A stretch of DNA of 64,000 bases from Patescibacteria group bacterium (lineage in GTDB: Bacteria > Patescibacteriota > Patescibacteriia > Patescibacteriales > UBA12465): positions 40,197 through 104,196 of the forward strand of contig JALNZW010000004.1 in NCBI GenBank assembly GCA_023229115.1, in the 5' to 3' direction. The position numbers were made by a program, and so were the translations under genes. The notes beneath the pieces were generated by a model. That model made no database searches, was not told where the DNA came from, and saw nothing but the letters and a program-made list of their open reading frames with translations. Below are positions 35,586 through 42,617 of the stretch, piece after piece. The number at the start of each line of letters is the position of its first letter. The stretch's first letter is position 1.

Positions 35586-36284
35586 ATGATGAGCCGAATA
35601 CTAAAAAATAGCTTTGGAGAAAAAGAAAAAATATTAAAATATTTTTCTATTTGCAATCGTTATATAAAAATACAAATAGTTGCCCTTTTGTTAAAATGGC
35701 TAGCTATCTTTCTAGCTATCTCAGCTGGTCTTTTTTTTCTAGATCAAGCTCAGCTAATAGCACTGCCAGAAAGCAAGAAAATGGTAAACAAAGTTCAACA
35801 AACACCCTATGAAGAAATTCTTGGACAAAACAATTTTTCAAACAACCTATCAAAATATTTAAACATTATAAGTGTCGAAGACGTCAGTCAATGGATTGTT
35901 AGTATCTGGTTAATTTTAGCTATAATTTTCTTTTTAATAATAACGCCTGCCATAGTTTTTTATAATGTTTTTTATTTAAAAATATCAAACGAGTTTGTTT
36001 TTACTGATCAAAGAATAATAGTTAAAAGAGGATGGCTAGAAACTTCAGTTAAAACAATATATTATAATCAGATAACCGACATTGGCGTTAGCCAATCACT
36101 GCTAGAAAGGATAATTAAAAGTGGGACTCTTTCAATTAGCACTGCTGGAAGCGATGGCTATGAAGCTATTTTGTATCACGTAAGAAATCCTTATAAACTA
36201 AAAAAGGTTTTATATGATATAAAAATAAATTATCAGAAAAAAAATGGCAATAACAATCAAGAAGAAAATAACCAACAAAAATAA
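35586..36284 (+). CDS. Bacterial PH-domain (bPH_2 / YdbT-like) membrane protein
   Basis: Two TM regions followed by FTDQRIIVKRGWLETSVKTIYYNQITDIGVSQSLLERIIKSGTLSI. ATG at 35586 preferred over the track start at 35496. Confidence 0.7.
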   Translation: MMSRILKNSFGEKEKILKYFSICNRYIKIQIVALLLKWLAIFLAISAGLFFLDQAQLIALPESKKMVNKVQQTPYEEILGQNNFSNNLSKYLNIISVEDVSQWIVSIWLILAIIFFLIITPAIVFYNVFYLKISNEFVFTDQRIIVKRGWLETSVKTIYYNQITDIGVSQSLLERIIKSGTLSISTAGSDGYEAILYHVRNPYKLKKVLYDIKINYQKKNGNNNQEENNQQK

Positions 36285-37002
36285 AATAAAAAAAAACAAT
36301 GAGCCCGACCAAAATTCGGGCTTCATTTTAATAAACAAAGAAAGTGGTCCAACCTCCCATAATATTGTTAATAGATTAAGAAAAATAACTGGAATTAAAA
36401 AAATTGGTCATGCAGGGACACTAGATCCATTTGCTTCGGGATTAATGATTTTGGCAATAAGTCGAAGCTCAACCAAGCAAATAGAAAAATTTTTAAAGCT
36501 TGATAAAAAATATGAAGCTGAAGTGTTTTTAGGAAAGTCAACTGATACTTATGATCGTTGTGGCCAAATAAACTTTGAATATCAAGGAGAAAAAATTTTA
36601 CTAGAAAAAATAAAAAAAACAATAGAACAATTATCTAAAAAGAGAACTCAAATTCCTCCGATGTATAGCGCTAAAAAAGTAAATGGAAAAAAATTATATG
36701 AATTAGCCAGAAAAAATATAGAAATAAAAAGAAAGCCACAAAAAATAAATATATTTTATATAAAAGTAGTTAAATACAAGTGGCCTAGCCTTAAAATAAA
36801 AATTCACTGCTCTAGCGGAACTTATATTCGAACTATAGCCGACGATTTAGGCAAAAAATTAAAATGTGGCGCTCATCTTCAAGAATTAAAAAGAACAGAG
36901 ATTGGCAAATATAAATTAAAGAAAGCAACTAAAATTGAAAACTTAGATCAAAAAAATTGGAATAAATTTTTATTAAAAAACCCGAACAAATGCTCGGGTT
37001 AA
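36244..37002 (+). CDS. truB: tRNA pseudouridine(55) synthase
   Basis: Contains GHAGTLDPFASGLMILA and the YSAKKVNGKKLYELAR block. The start is uncertain; 36244 overlaps the upstream gene by 41 nt. Confidence 0.88.
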   Translation: MAITIKKKITNKNKIKKNNEPDQNSGFILINKESGPTSHNIVNRLRKITGIKKIGHAGTLDPFASGLMILAISRSSTKQIEKFLKLDKKYEAEVFLGKSTDTYDRCGQINFEYQGEKILLEKIKKTIEQLSKKRTQIPPMYSAKKVNGKKLYELARKNIEIKRKPQKINIFYIKVVKYKWPSLKIKIHCSSGTYIRTIADDLGKKLKCGAHLQELKRTEIGKYKLKKATKIENLDQKNWNKFLLKNPNKCSG

Positions 37003-37020
37003 AAAATAAATTTAATTTCG

Positions 37021-37398
37021 TTAAACCTCTGTTTCCAATTTAAAGTTGTAAAGCAAGAAAACGATTCCCGAGGTAATTAATAAAACCAAAAAGATTACAT
37101 CATCAGCCATTGGGCCAGAATAATAGCCTAGCTCCGAAAAAACAGCTAACAATATCGCACAAGAAAGAATAACCAGGCTAAAAATTGATAAAATAATCGG
37201 CAAAAATCTTCTTAATCTTGTTTGTAATAAAAGATTAAAAACAATCATTAAAGACAAAAAAGAAGAAAAAAGATAAAGATTTTCCGACTTATTATCTATA
37301 GTGACAGCAAAGCCATCATTAACAGACAAAAATTTAGCTCCATAAAATAAAGCAAAAATGAGAGCCACACCAAAAATACTTTTCAAAATTTTTTTCAT
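37021..37398 (-). CDS. Small integral membrane protein, hypothetical
   Basis: 125 aa with four hydrophobic segments. Confidence 0.55.
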   Translation of the reverse strand: MKKILKSIFGVALIFALFYGAKFLSVNDGFAVTIDNKSENLYLFSSFLSLMIVFNLLLQTRLRRFLPIILSIFSLVILSCAILLAVFSELGYYSGPMADDVIFLVLLITSGIVFLLYNFKLETEV

Positions 37399-37495
37399 GA
37401 TACAAACTATTTAGGTTAAACGTTGTTTTTTTAAAAGAACTTCTAAACATTTAATCACTAAATAATAAAAAAGTCAATAATAGACTTATAATTAC

Positions 37496-37524
37496 TTGAC
37501 AAAAACACAAAAACTTGATAAAAT
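37496..37524 (+). promoter_or_regulatory. Sigma-70 promoter TTGACA-N17-TGaTAAAAT
   Basis: TTGACA at 37496-37501, 17-nt spacer, TG-extended TAAAAT at 37519-37524, about 40 nt before the ATG at 37564. Confidence 0.6.
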
Positions 37525-37563
37525 CTAAAAATAATTAAACTTTAAATAATTAATATTAAATTT

Positions 37564-38547
37564 ATGAAAATTGGTGATTTTTTTAAGGCCCAAGGTCTAA
37601 AAATTGATAAAAACACAGGGAAAATAGATAAGGCTGTCAGTGAAGAAGAAAAAAGAACAGAAAGAGAAAAAGAGCTTAAAAAAATGGGCTATGGCCCAAA
37701 TGGAGAAATTTTAGATAAGAAAAAAATAAATTATGATCCAATAAACGAAAAAGATTATTCTTATTCTGGACAATATAAAAAATTTGAAAAAAAACATGAA
37801 GAACCTTATCCTAATAATGCCCCAAACAAAAAAGAAGACAAATTTGATGACTCATCTTATTTTTATGGAGAGCAAGATGATTTAGAAATAGAAAAAGAAA
37901 ATCAAAAATTTTTAGATAATTTTAGCAACCAAGAAAGTTTAGAAAATTTCATAAAAACTTACGAAGAAAATCAAGAAGAAAATGATTTTGAAAATGAAAA
38001 TATTTTACTAAACTCAGTTGAAAAAACTAAAAAACAAAAAGAAAAAGACCTAAAAGAATATGAAAAGAAAAAAAAGGAGCTTCCTGAATATTCTGAATTC
38101 GAAATAACCATGTTTAAAGAGGCTTTAAACAACAAGCTAGACAAAAAAGAAATTAAATTTGCCGATGGACAAAAAATGACCGAAAAACAAATAAATGAAT
38201 TAATTAATGAGTTTAAAAATGAAGTTCCAGAAGAATTTGTCAAAACAATTAATAGAAGATTAATTTCAGAAAATTTTCAATGGGAAAACGAAAACTTTAA
38301 AAATGAAAAACTTTTAGCCAGTTACTTTCCTAACAAAAAAAATCCCTCTATTAAATATATTTTAAAAGAAACAAACGACACTGATCTACAAACAATAAAT
38401 AAAGTTTTTGTAGATAGTTCTGTTAAAAAAAATAAAGAAGTAATTAGAGATAGAAATGGATGTTTATTGGTTTTCTGTTCTATGCCAATAAGATATAAAA
38501 ATAATGCAAATATCAAAAAACCAATTAAGAAATTTACTACGAAATAA
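37564..38547 (+). CDS. Hypothetical Lys/Glu/Asn-rich protein
   Basis: 327-aa ORF with its own promoter and terminator. Low-complexity sequence with no recognisable motif. Confidence 0.55.
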   Translation: MKIGDFFKAQGLKIDKNTGKIDKAVSEEEKRTEREKELKKMGYGPNGEILDKKKINYDPINEKDYSYSGQYKKFEKKHEEPYPNNAPNKKEDKFDDSSYFYGEQDDLEIEKENQKFLDNFSNQESLENFIKTYEENQEENDFENENILLNSVEKTKKQKEKDLKEYEKKKKELPEYSEFEITMFKEALNNKLDKKEIKFADGQKMTEKQINELINEFKNEVPEEFVKTINRRLISENFQWENENFKNEKLLASYFPNKKNPSIKYILKETNDTDLQTINKVFVDSSVKKNKEVIRDRNGCLLVFCSMPIRYKNNANIKKPIKKFTTK

Positions 38548-38585
38548 ACAAAAAGAAAGTTATTTACATTTTGACAAACAAAAAA

Positions 38586-38611
38586 AGAAGGGTTGAAAAG
38601 CCCTTCTTTTT
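38586..38611 (+). terminator. Rho-independent terminator
   Basis: Stem AGAAGGG/CCCTTCT (38586-38592 / 38601-38607) followed by a T-run. Confidence 0.75.
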
Positions 38612-38629
38612 GTTAATAAAAAATAGGTA

Positions 38630-38659
38630 TTGACACCCCCCTAGGGTATATGCTATTAC
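38630..38659 (+). promoter_or_regulatory. Promoter candidate (TTGACA-N18-TATTAC) with GC-rich CCCTAGGG palindrome in the spacer
   Basis: TTGACA at 38630-38635. The spacer reads CCCCCCTAGGGTATATGC, with the core palindrome CCCTAGGG at 38639-38646. The -10-like TATTAC is at 38654-38659, upstream of the DUF378 gene. Confidence 0.4.
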
Positions 38660-38687
38660 AACAATACTTATAATTAAATTTAATTTT

Positions 38688-38885
38688 ATGAAAAAAAATT
38701 TAGACTTAATCCTTTTAATACTAATAATTATTGGAGGATTAAACTGGGGACTAGTTGGGTTATTTAACTTTAATTTAGTTTCCTTCCTTTTCGGAGATTT
38801 TTCTATTATTTCTAGGATAGTTTATTCACTGGTTGGTATATCGGCTGCTTATTGGATAAGCTTAATACCAGAAAAGACAAAATAA
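38688..38885 (+). CDS. DUF378-family small membrane protein
   Basis: 65 aa with two TM segments and the signature GGLNWGLVGLFNFNLV. Confidence 0.75.
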   Translation: MKKNLDLILLILIIIGGLNWGLVGLFNFNLVSFLFGDFSIISRIVYSLVGISAAYWISLIPEKTK

Positions 38886-38900
38886 AAAATAGGTGAATTT

Positions 38901-38931
38901 AAAAAACAGCAATTTTGGTTGCTGTTTTTTT
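38901..38931 (+). terminator. Rho-independent terminator
   Basis: Stem CAGCAA/TTGCTG (38907-38912 / 38919-38924) followed by a T-run at 38925-38931. Confidence 0.75.
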
Positions 38932-39108
38932 ATTTATAATTTTTTAATTTTAACTTCTTTGTGAAGGATCTATAACAAAAAAGAATGTCATATTGATACG
39001 CTTTTGTCAATGGGCGCCCTCGTGAAGAACATTAGAACTAAAGTGATGGATGTAAAATACCTTCCAAAAACTTAAGCCACCGTGCAACTAAATATATAAT
39101 TATCATTC

Positions 39109-40080
39109 CTAAACCTCGCTTATTACATCAAAACCTTTAAAACTTCCTGTTATCGCTAGGCCGATGACATTTTTAGCTATTTTATTTTGTTTAATCTGTG
39201 CTGCTGTTTCATTCAAAGTTGCCCCTGATCCAACAGCATCATCTATTAACAAAACATTATTATACTGAAAACAATCTTCAACGACAATAGTTTTTTTAGC
39301 ATTATCTATACGATCATCAAGCTTATTTAATGTTTTTTGGGGGACCACAATACCAGTCTTAATTTTACTTATTTTTAAAGTTTTAACTTGCAACTTTAAA
39401 TAATTCTCTAATATTTTCATGAATTGAGTTTCTCTTTTTACTGTAGGAGGAATAAATCCAATTCCATCTATTTTGTATTTAATAATAATTTGAACAACTT
39501 GTGGCCTTATCACATCTATTAACTCTTTCATTAATTTTTTATTTTGACTTTGCTTAGCATAAAGCAATAATTGACCTAATTTGGTCTTTCCAAAGCGCTC
39601 AATACTGTAAAAATCTAAATAAAATAAATACTTTAAAGCTACTTCTTTAAAAGTAGACTTTATTTTTACTGTCCCATTTATTAATTCGTTTTTCTTAAAT
39701 TTTTTATATTTTTTTAAAGTTTCTACATATTTTTGAGCAGTTTTTTCAATTGGCAATTTGTTTTTATCACACCAATAAATAAATCCCTCCACCCCACTCT
39801 TGCGCTCACCAGAGGAAGTGATAATTAAATAATTTTTTTCAATAGTCTCTTTTGTTTTATTGTCTATATCAATTTCATTTTCTGCAACTTTTTCTTTTTT
39901 AATAAAATAAAAAACCTTAGGAGGAGTTCCAATTTTGTCTATTATTCCTTTGTGTATCAAATCTATCAAATGTCTATGTATCATTTGTCTAGACAAATCA
40001 AAATTATTAGACAATTGATTTACGCTAACCCGGCCATGTTTTTTTATATATTCTATAATTTTTATTTTTACATTATTCAT
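39109..40080 (-). CDS. Winged-HTH + phosphoribosyltransferase-domain fusion protein
   Basis: N-terminal wHTH (VSVNQLSNNFDLSRQMIHRHLIDLIHKGII), a middle domain of unknown type, and a C-terminal PRTase PRPP loop VLLIDDAVGSGATLNE. Confidence 0.65.
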   Translation of the reverse strand: MNNVKIKIIEYIKKHGRVSVNQLSNNFDLSRQMIHRHLIDLIHKGIIDKIGTPPKVFYFIKKEKVAENEIDIDNKTKETIEKNYLIITSSGERKSGVEGFIYWCDKNKLPIEKTAQKYVETLKKYKKFKKNELINGTVKIKSTFKEVALKYLFYLDFYSIERFGKTKLGQLLLYAKQSQNKKLMKELIDVIRPQVVQIIIKYKIDGIGFIPPTVKRETQFMKILENYLKLQVKTLKISKIKTGIVVPQKTLNKLDDRIDNAKKTIVVEDCFQYNNVLLIDDAVGSGATLNETAAQIKQNKIAKNVIGLAITGSFKGFDVISEV

Positions 40081-40307
40081 ATACTGTTATTATATATGGT
40101 TTACAGTTTACTGTCAACTGTAAACTTTTAATATTTTTTGAAAAAATATCACTGCATCATTAATATAGCCTTACAATCCTATTATATAACTATTATGGCA
40201 AAAAAAAAATTAAGGGCAAAAGATTTTTGGAGGTTAGAACTTTTATTTGTTGTTTTAAGTATATAAAAAGACCTATTTATTGAGATTTGAACAGGTCTTT
40301 ATTTCTG

Positions 40308-40380
40308 GGTGGCTAGAGGGAATCGAACCCTCACTACTGGTACCACAAACCAGTGTTCTAGCCGCTAAACTATAGCCACC
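40308..40380 (-). tRNA. tRNA-His (anticodon GTG) with encoded G-1
   Basis: Reverse complement reads G-GTGGCTA...TAGCCAC-C. Anticodon stem CTGGT/ACCAG with loop TTGTGGT, T-loop GGGTTCGATTCCC. Confidence 0.88.
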
Positions 40381-40401
40381 ATCAACCGAAATATTTAAAA
40401 A

Positions 40402-40932
40402 CTAAATTCGGTAAAAATAAATATTATCATTATTTTCCTTCAGGATTCTTTCTGGTTCAGAATTTGGTAATTTAAAATGATAACTTATAACCAATGTTCC
40501 TGGACGACACTCTGTTTTAAACTTTTTTTCTAATTTAATCATCATTTCTGGACTTAAAAAACAATAAAGTATATCCGCTTCTTTTAAATTAACTTTAAAC
40601 ATGTCCTTTCTAATAATTTTTATAGAACTACCAGAAAGAGCAATTTGAATTTTGGCTAAAATATAAGGAAAAAAAGAATATTCAACCCCAGTCAATTTTT
40701 TGTTACCAAATCTTTGTTCAACTGCCCTTAAAAATCCAGCCTTGCCAGACCCTAATTCGTAAACACATTCATCTCCTTTTAAATCTAAATCTTTCAAAAT
40801 AGTTAAAACAGCTTCAAACTTAGTAGAAATAAAAGGGGCAAATCCTCGAAAAACAATATTATAAAACTGAACAGAAGCTAAAATCAAAATCAAGATTAAA
40901 ACAAATAAAACGAAAAAGAAAAAATAAATCAT
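40402..40932 (-). CDS. Membrane-anchored class I SAM-dependent methyltransferase
   Basis: N-terminal TM, motif I VYELGSGKAGFL, then the DILYCFLSPEMM block. Confidence 0.7.
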   Translation of the reverse strand: MIYFFFFVLFVLILILILASVQFYNIVFRGFAPFISTKFEAVLTILKDLDLKGDECVYELGSGKAGFLRAVEQRFGNKKLTGVEYSFFPYILAKIQIALSGSSIKIIRKDMFKVNLKEADILYCFLSPEMMIKLEKKFKTECRPGTLVISYHFKLPNSEPERILKENNDNIYFYRI

Positions 40933-40962
40933 AAATTTGATTTGATTAAGAGCACTTAAATG

Positions 40963-41034
40963 TGTCCCCGCTAGGAATCGAACCTAGATATTCAGCTTAG
41001 AAGGCTGATGTTCTATCCATTGAACTACAGGGAC
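40963..41034 (-). tRNA. tRNA-Arg (anticodon TCT)
   Basis: Reverse complement GTCCCTG...CGGGGAC-A. The acceptor pairs GTCCCTG with CGGGGAC through a G·U wobble. Anticodon stem TCAGC/GCTGA with loop CTTCTAA, T-loop TAGGTTCGATTCCTA. Confidence 0.88.
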
Positions 41035-41170
41035 AAAAAATTTTAACAACAAAAACAAGTGAGCAAAAAGCTCAATATTTAATAATTTAACAAAGAGAAA
41101 AACAAAAGTCAACTAATAAATTTAATTCATTTTTATTAAATAAAAACAAAAAAATAACAAACAAATTCTA

Positions 41171-41641
41171 TTATTTTTCTCCAGCTTCTTTTTTAAAATA
41201 AAAGCTAAGCAAAAACAAAGAGCCAAAAAATATTAAAACATCAGCCAGATTAAAAACCGTAAAATAATAAAGATCTAAATAATCAACAACAAAAGAATGT
41301 TTTAAACGATCTATCAAATTGCTTAAAGCTCCACAAAAAATAGCTAAAAATCCTAAAAACTCATAATGTCTTTTTTTATAAAACAAAAAAGCCAAATAGA
41401 TTAAAATCAAAAACAAAATAAAAAAAATAAATAAATTTAAAATTAAACCACTAAGCGGCAAAGAAAAAGCTATATATTTATTAGCCGTAAAATTAAATTT
41501 TAAAATTTCACCTAAAATATTTTTGCTTTCCCAAGAATTTATTGCTAAATATTTTAAAACCCGATCTGCAATAAAAAATATAGCTATTAAAAAAATAGCT
41601 ATATTTATGATATTTTGTTTTTTTGAAAAAAATTTATTCAT
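41171..41641 (-). CDS. lspA: Lipoprotein signal peptidase (signal peptidase II)
   Basis: Contains GALSNLIDRL, VVDYL and FNLADV with four TM segments. ATG at 41641 overlaps the upstream gene by 8 nt. Confidence 0.85.
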   Translation of the reverse strand: MNKFFSKKQNIINIAIFLIAIFFIADRVLKYLAINSWESKNILGEILKFNFTANKYIAFSLPLSGLILNLFIFFILFLILIYLAFLFYKKRHYEFLGFLAIFCGALSNLIDRLKHSFVVDYLDLYYFTVFNLADVLIFFGSLFLLSFYFKKEAGEK

Positions 41642-42035
41642 TTTCTTCCTGAAGTTTTGTTTTACATTCAATACAAGAACTGGCAGTTGGCCTAGCTTCT
41701 AATCTTTTTTCGCTTATTTCTCCCCCACAATATTTACAAATATTATAAGTTCCTTTTTCGATTCTGTTTAAAGTAGAGTCAATTTCTTCTAATGTTTTTT
41801 CTAAAACTTTTTCGGCCACAACAGTGGTTGAATATTCACTAATTTCTTGAGCATTCTCATCTGGTTTGTCGCCATACTCAGGAAACTTAGCCACTCTATT
41901 ATCAGCTTCATGTAAATCTTCTTTTGACAAATCATTAAAGTCAGCCAAAATTTGTTTTTTTCTTTCCAAAAGATCCTTCTTTATTTTTTCAACTTTTTTT
42001 ACGTCCAACATACTTTTGAAAAATTTTAATTTCAA
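41634..42035 (-). CDS. DksA/TraR-family C4 zinc-finger protein
   Basis: Coiled-coil N-terminal part plus CKYCGGEISEKRLEARPTASSCIECK (CxxC-N17-CxxC). Confidence 0.8.
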   Translation of the reverse strand: MKLKFFKSMLDVKKVEKIKKDLLERKKQILADFNDLSKEDLHEADNRVAKFPEYGDKPDENAQEISEYSTTVVAEKVLEKTLEEIDSTLNRIEKGTYNICKYCGGEISEKRLEARPTASSCIECKTKLQEENE

Positions 42036-42169
42036 TTAAAATCTTCTAATAAATTCTAAAAATAAGGCCTTTTAAAGGCTTTTACTATTGCTTAGTATAT
42101 ACCAAAAAAATGTTTTTGACAAGCCTAATTTTTTTTGTTATTATTTTCTTGCTTTAAAGCAAAACTAAA

Positions 42170-42243
42170 GGAGCGGTAGTTCAGTTGGTTAGAATGCCTG
42201 CCTGTCACGCAGGAGGTCGCGGGTTCGAGTCCCGTCCGCTCCG
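42170..42243 (+). tRNA. tRNA-Asp (anticodon GTC)
   Basis: Acceptor GGAGCGG/CCGCTCC, anticodon stem CCTGC/GCAGG with loop CTGTCAC, T-arm GCGGGTTCGAGTCCCGT, discriminator G. Confidence 0.92.
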
Positions 42244-42245
42244 CA

Positions 42246-42442
42246 GAGAATGAACGAAGTGAATAAACGAAGGAGTGGCATCAAACCAATTTATTGGTTT
42301 GATGAGGGCTCGAATGCCGGAGCGATGTGCGGAGCTAAGGCGACGCACCGCGAGGCGGGGTCGAGAGTTCTTTGTGAGCGCAACCACGTAAAACGTGGTA
42401 AGCGAACTTAGAAACTCGTGACCGAGTCCCGTCCGCTCCGCA
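42246..42442 (+). other. GC-rich 197-bp element A bounded by a 20-bp direct repeat of the tRNA-Asp 3' end (candidate structured RNA / miniature integrative-element remnant)
   Basis: CGAGTCCCGTCCGCTCCGCA occurs at 42226-42245 (inside the tRNA) and again at 42423-42442. The interior has a 12-bp hairpin CATCAAACCAAT/ATTGGTTTGATG and stems GTGCG/CGCAC and ACCACG/CGTGGT. It is homologous to 52726-52908. Confidence 0.6.
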
Positions 42443-42506
42443 AGTAAGTGGATAAAAAAATAACAAAAATATTTTACGTGACAAGTTATTTCCACTCCGC
42501 ATTTTG

Positions 42507-42578
42507 GCGGGTATCGTATAATGGCTTTTATATCAGCCTTCCAAGCTGAGGATGGGGGTTCGATTCCCCCTACCCGCT
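42507..42578 (+). tRNA. tRNA-Gly (anticodon TCC)
   Basis: Acceptor GCGGGTA/TACCCGC, anticodon stem TCAGC/GCTGA with loop CTTCCAA, T-arm GGGGGTTCGATTCCCCC. Confidence 0.9.
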
Positions 42579-42583
42579 CAAAT

Positions 42584-42616
42584 AAAAAAACAGCTACTTT
42601 CTAGCTGTTTTTTTTA
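42584..42616. terminator. Bidirectional terminator after tRNA-Gly / YibE-F-like gene
   Basis: Stem CAGCTA/TAGCTG (42591-42596 / 42602-42607) flanked by an A-run and a T-run. Confidence 0.75.
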
Positions 42617-42617
42617 T

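Noticed and set aside
38932-40080. The wHTH-PRTase gene plus adjacent GC island considered as a type III-like retron (PRTase/wHTH effectors with msr-msd RNA).
   Set aside because: No reverse transcriptase ORF lies anywhere near. I could not find the long a1/a2 inverted repeats expected to flank an msr-msd. The GC island lies downstream of the gene, not upstream of an RT.
42296-42330. TTGATGAGGGCTCGAATGCCGGAG in element A considered as a hammerhead ribozyme core (CUGAUGA...GAAA).
   Set aside because: The first C and the GAAA after stem II are missing, and the homologous element B lacks the GATGA box entirely. I also considered tmRNA, RNase P RNA and SRP RNA for elements A and B. The conserved boxes I remember for those RNAs are absent.
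42205-42495. 96-aa minus-strand ORF spanning tRNA-Asp and element A. Similar cases are the 126-aa ORF at 52585-52965 spanning tRNA-Leu, tRNA-Val and element B, and the 65-aa ORF at 57283-57480 over tRNA-Ala.
   Set aside because: They overlap well-folded tRNA genes. They owe their length only to the local GC-richness, which depletes stop codons. Their Arg/Pro/Ser-rich translations have no motifs.
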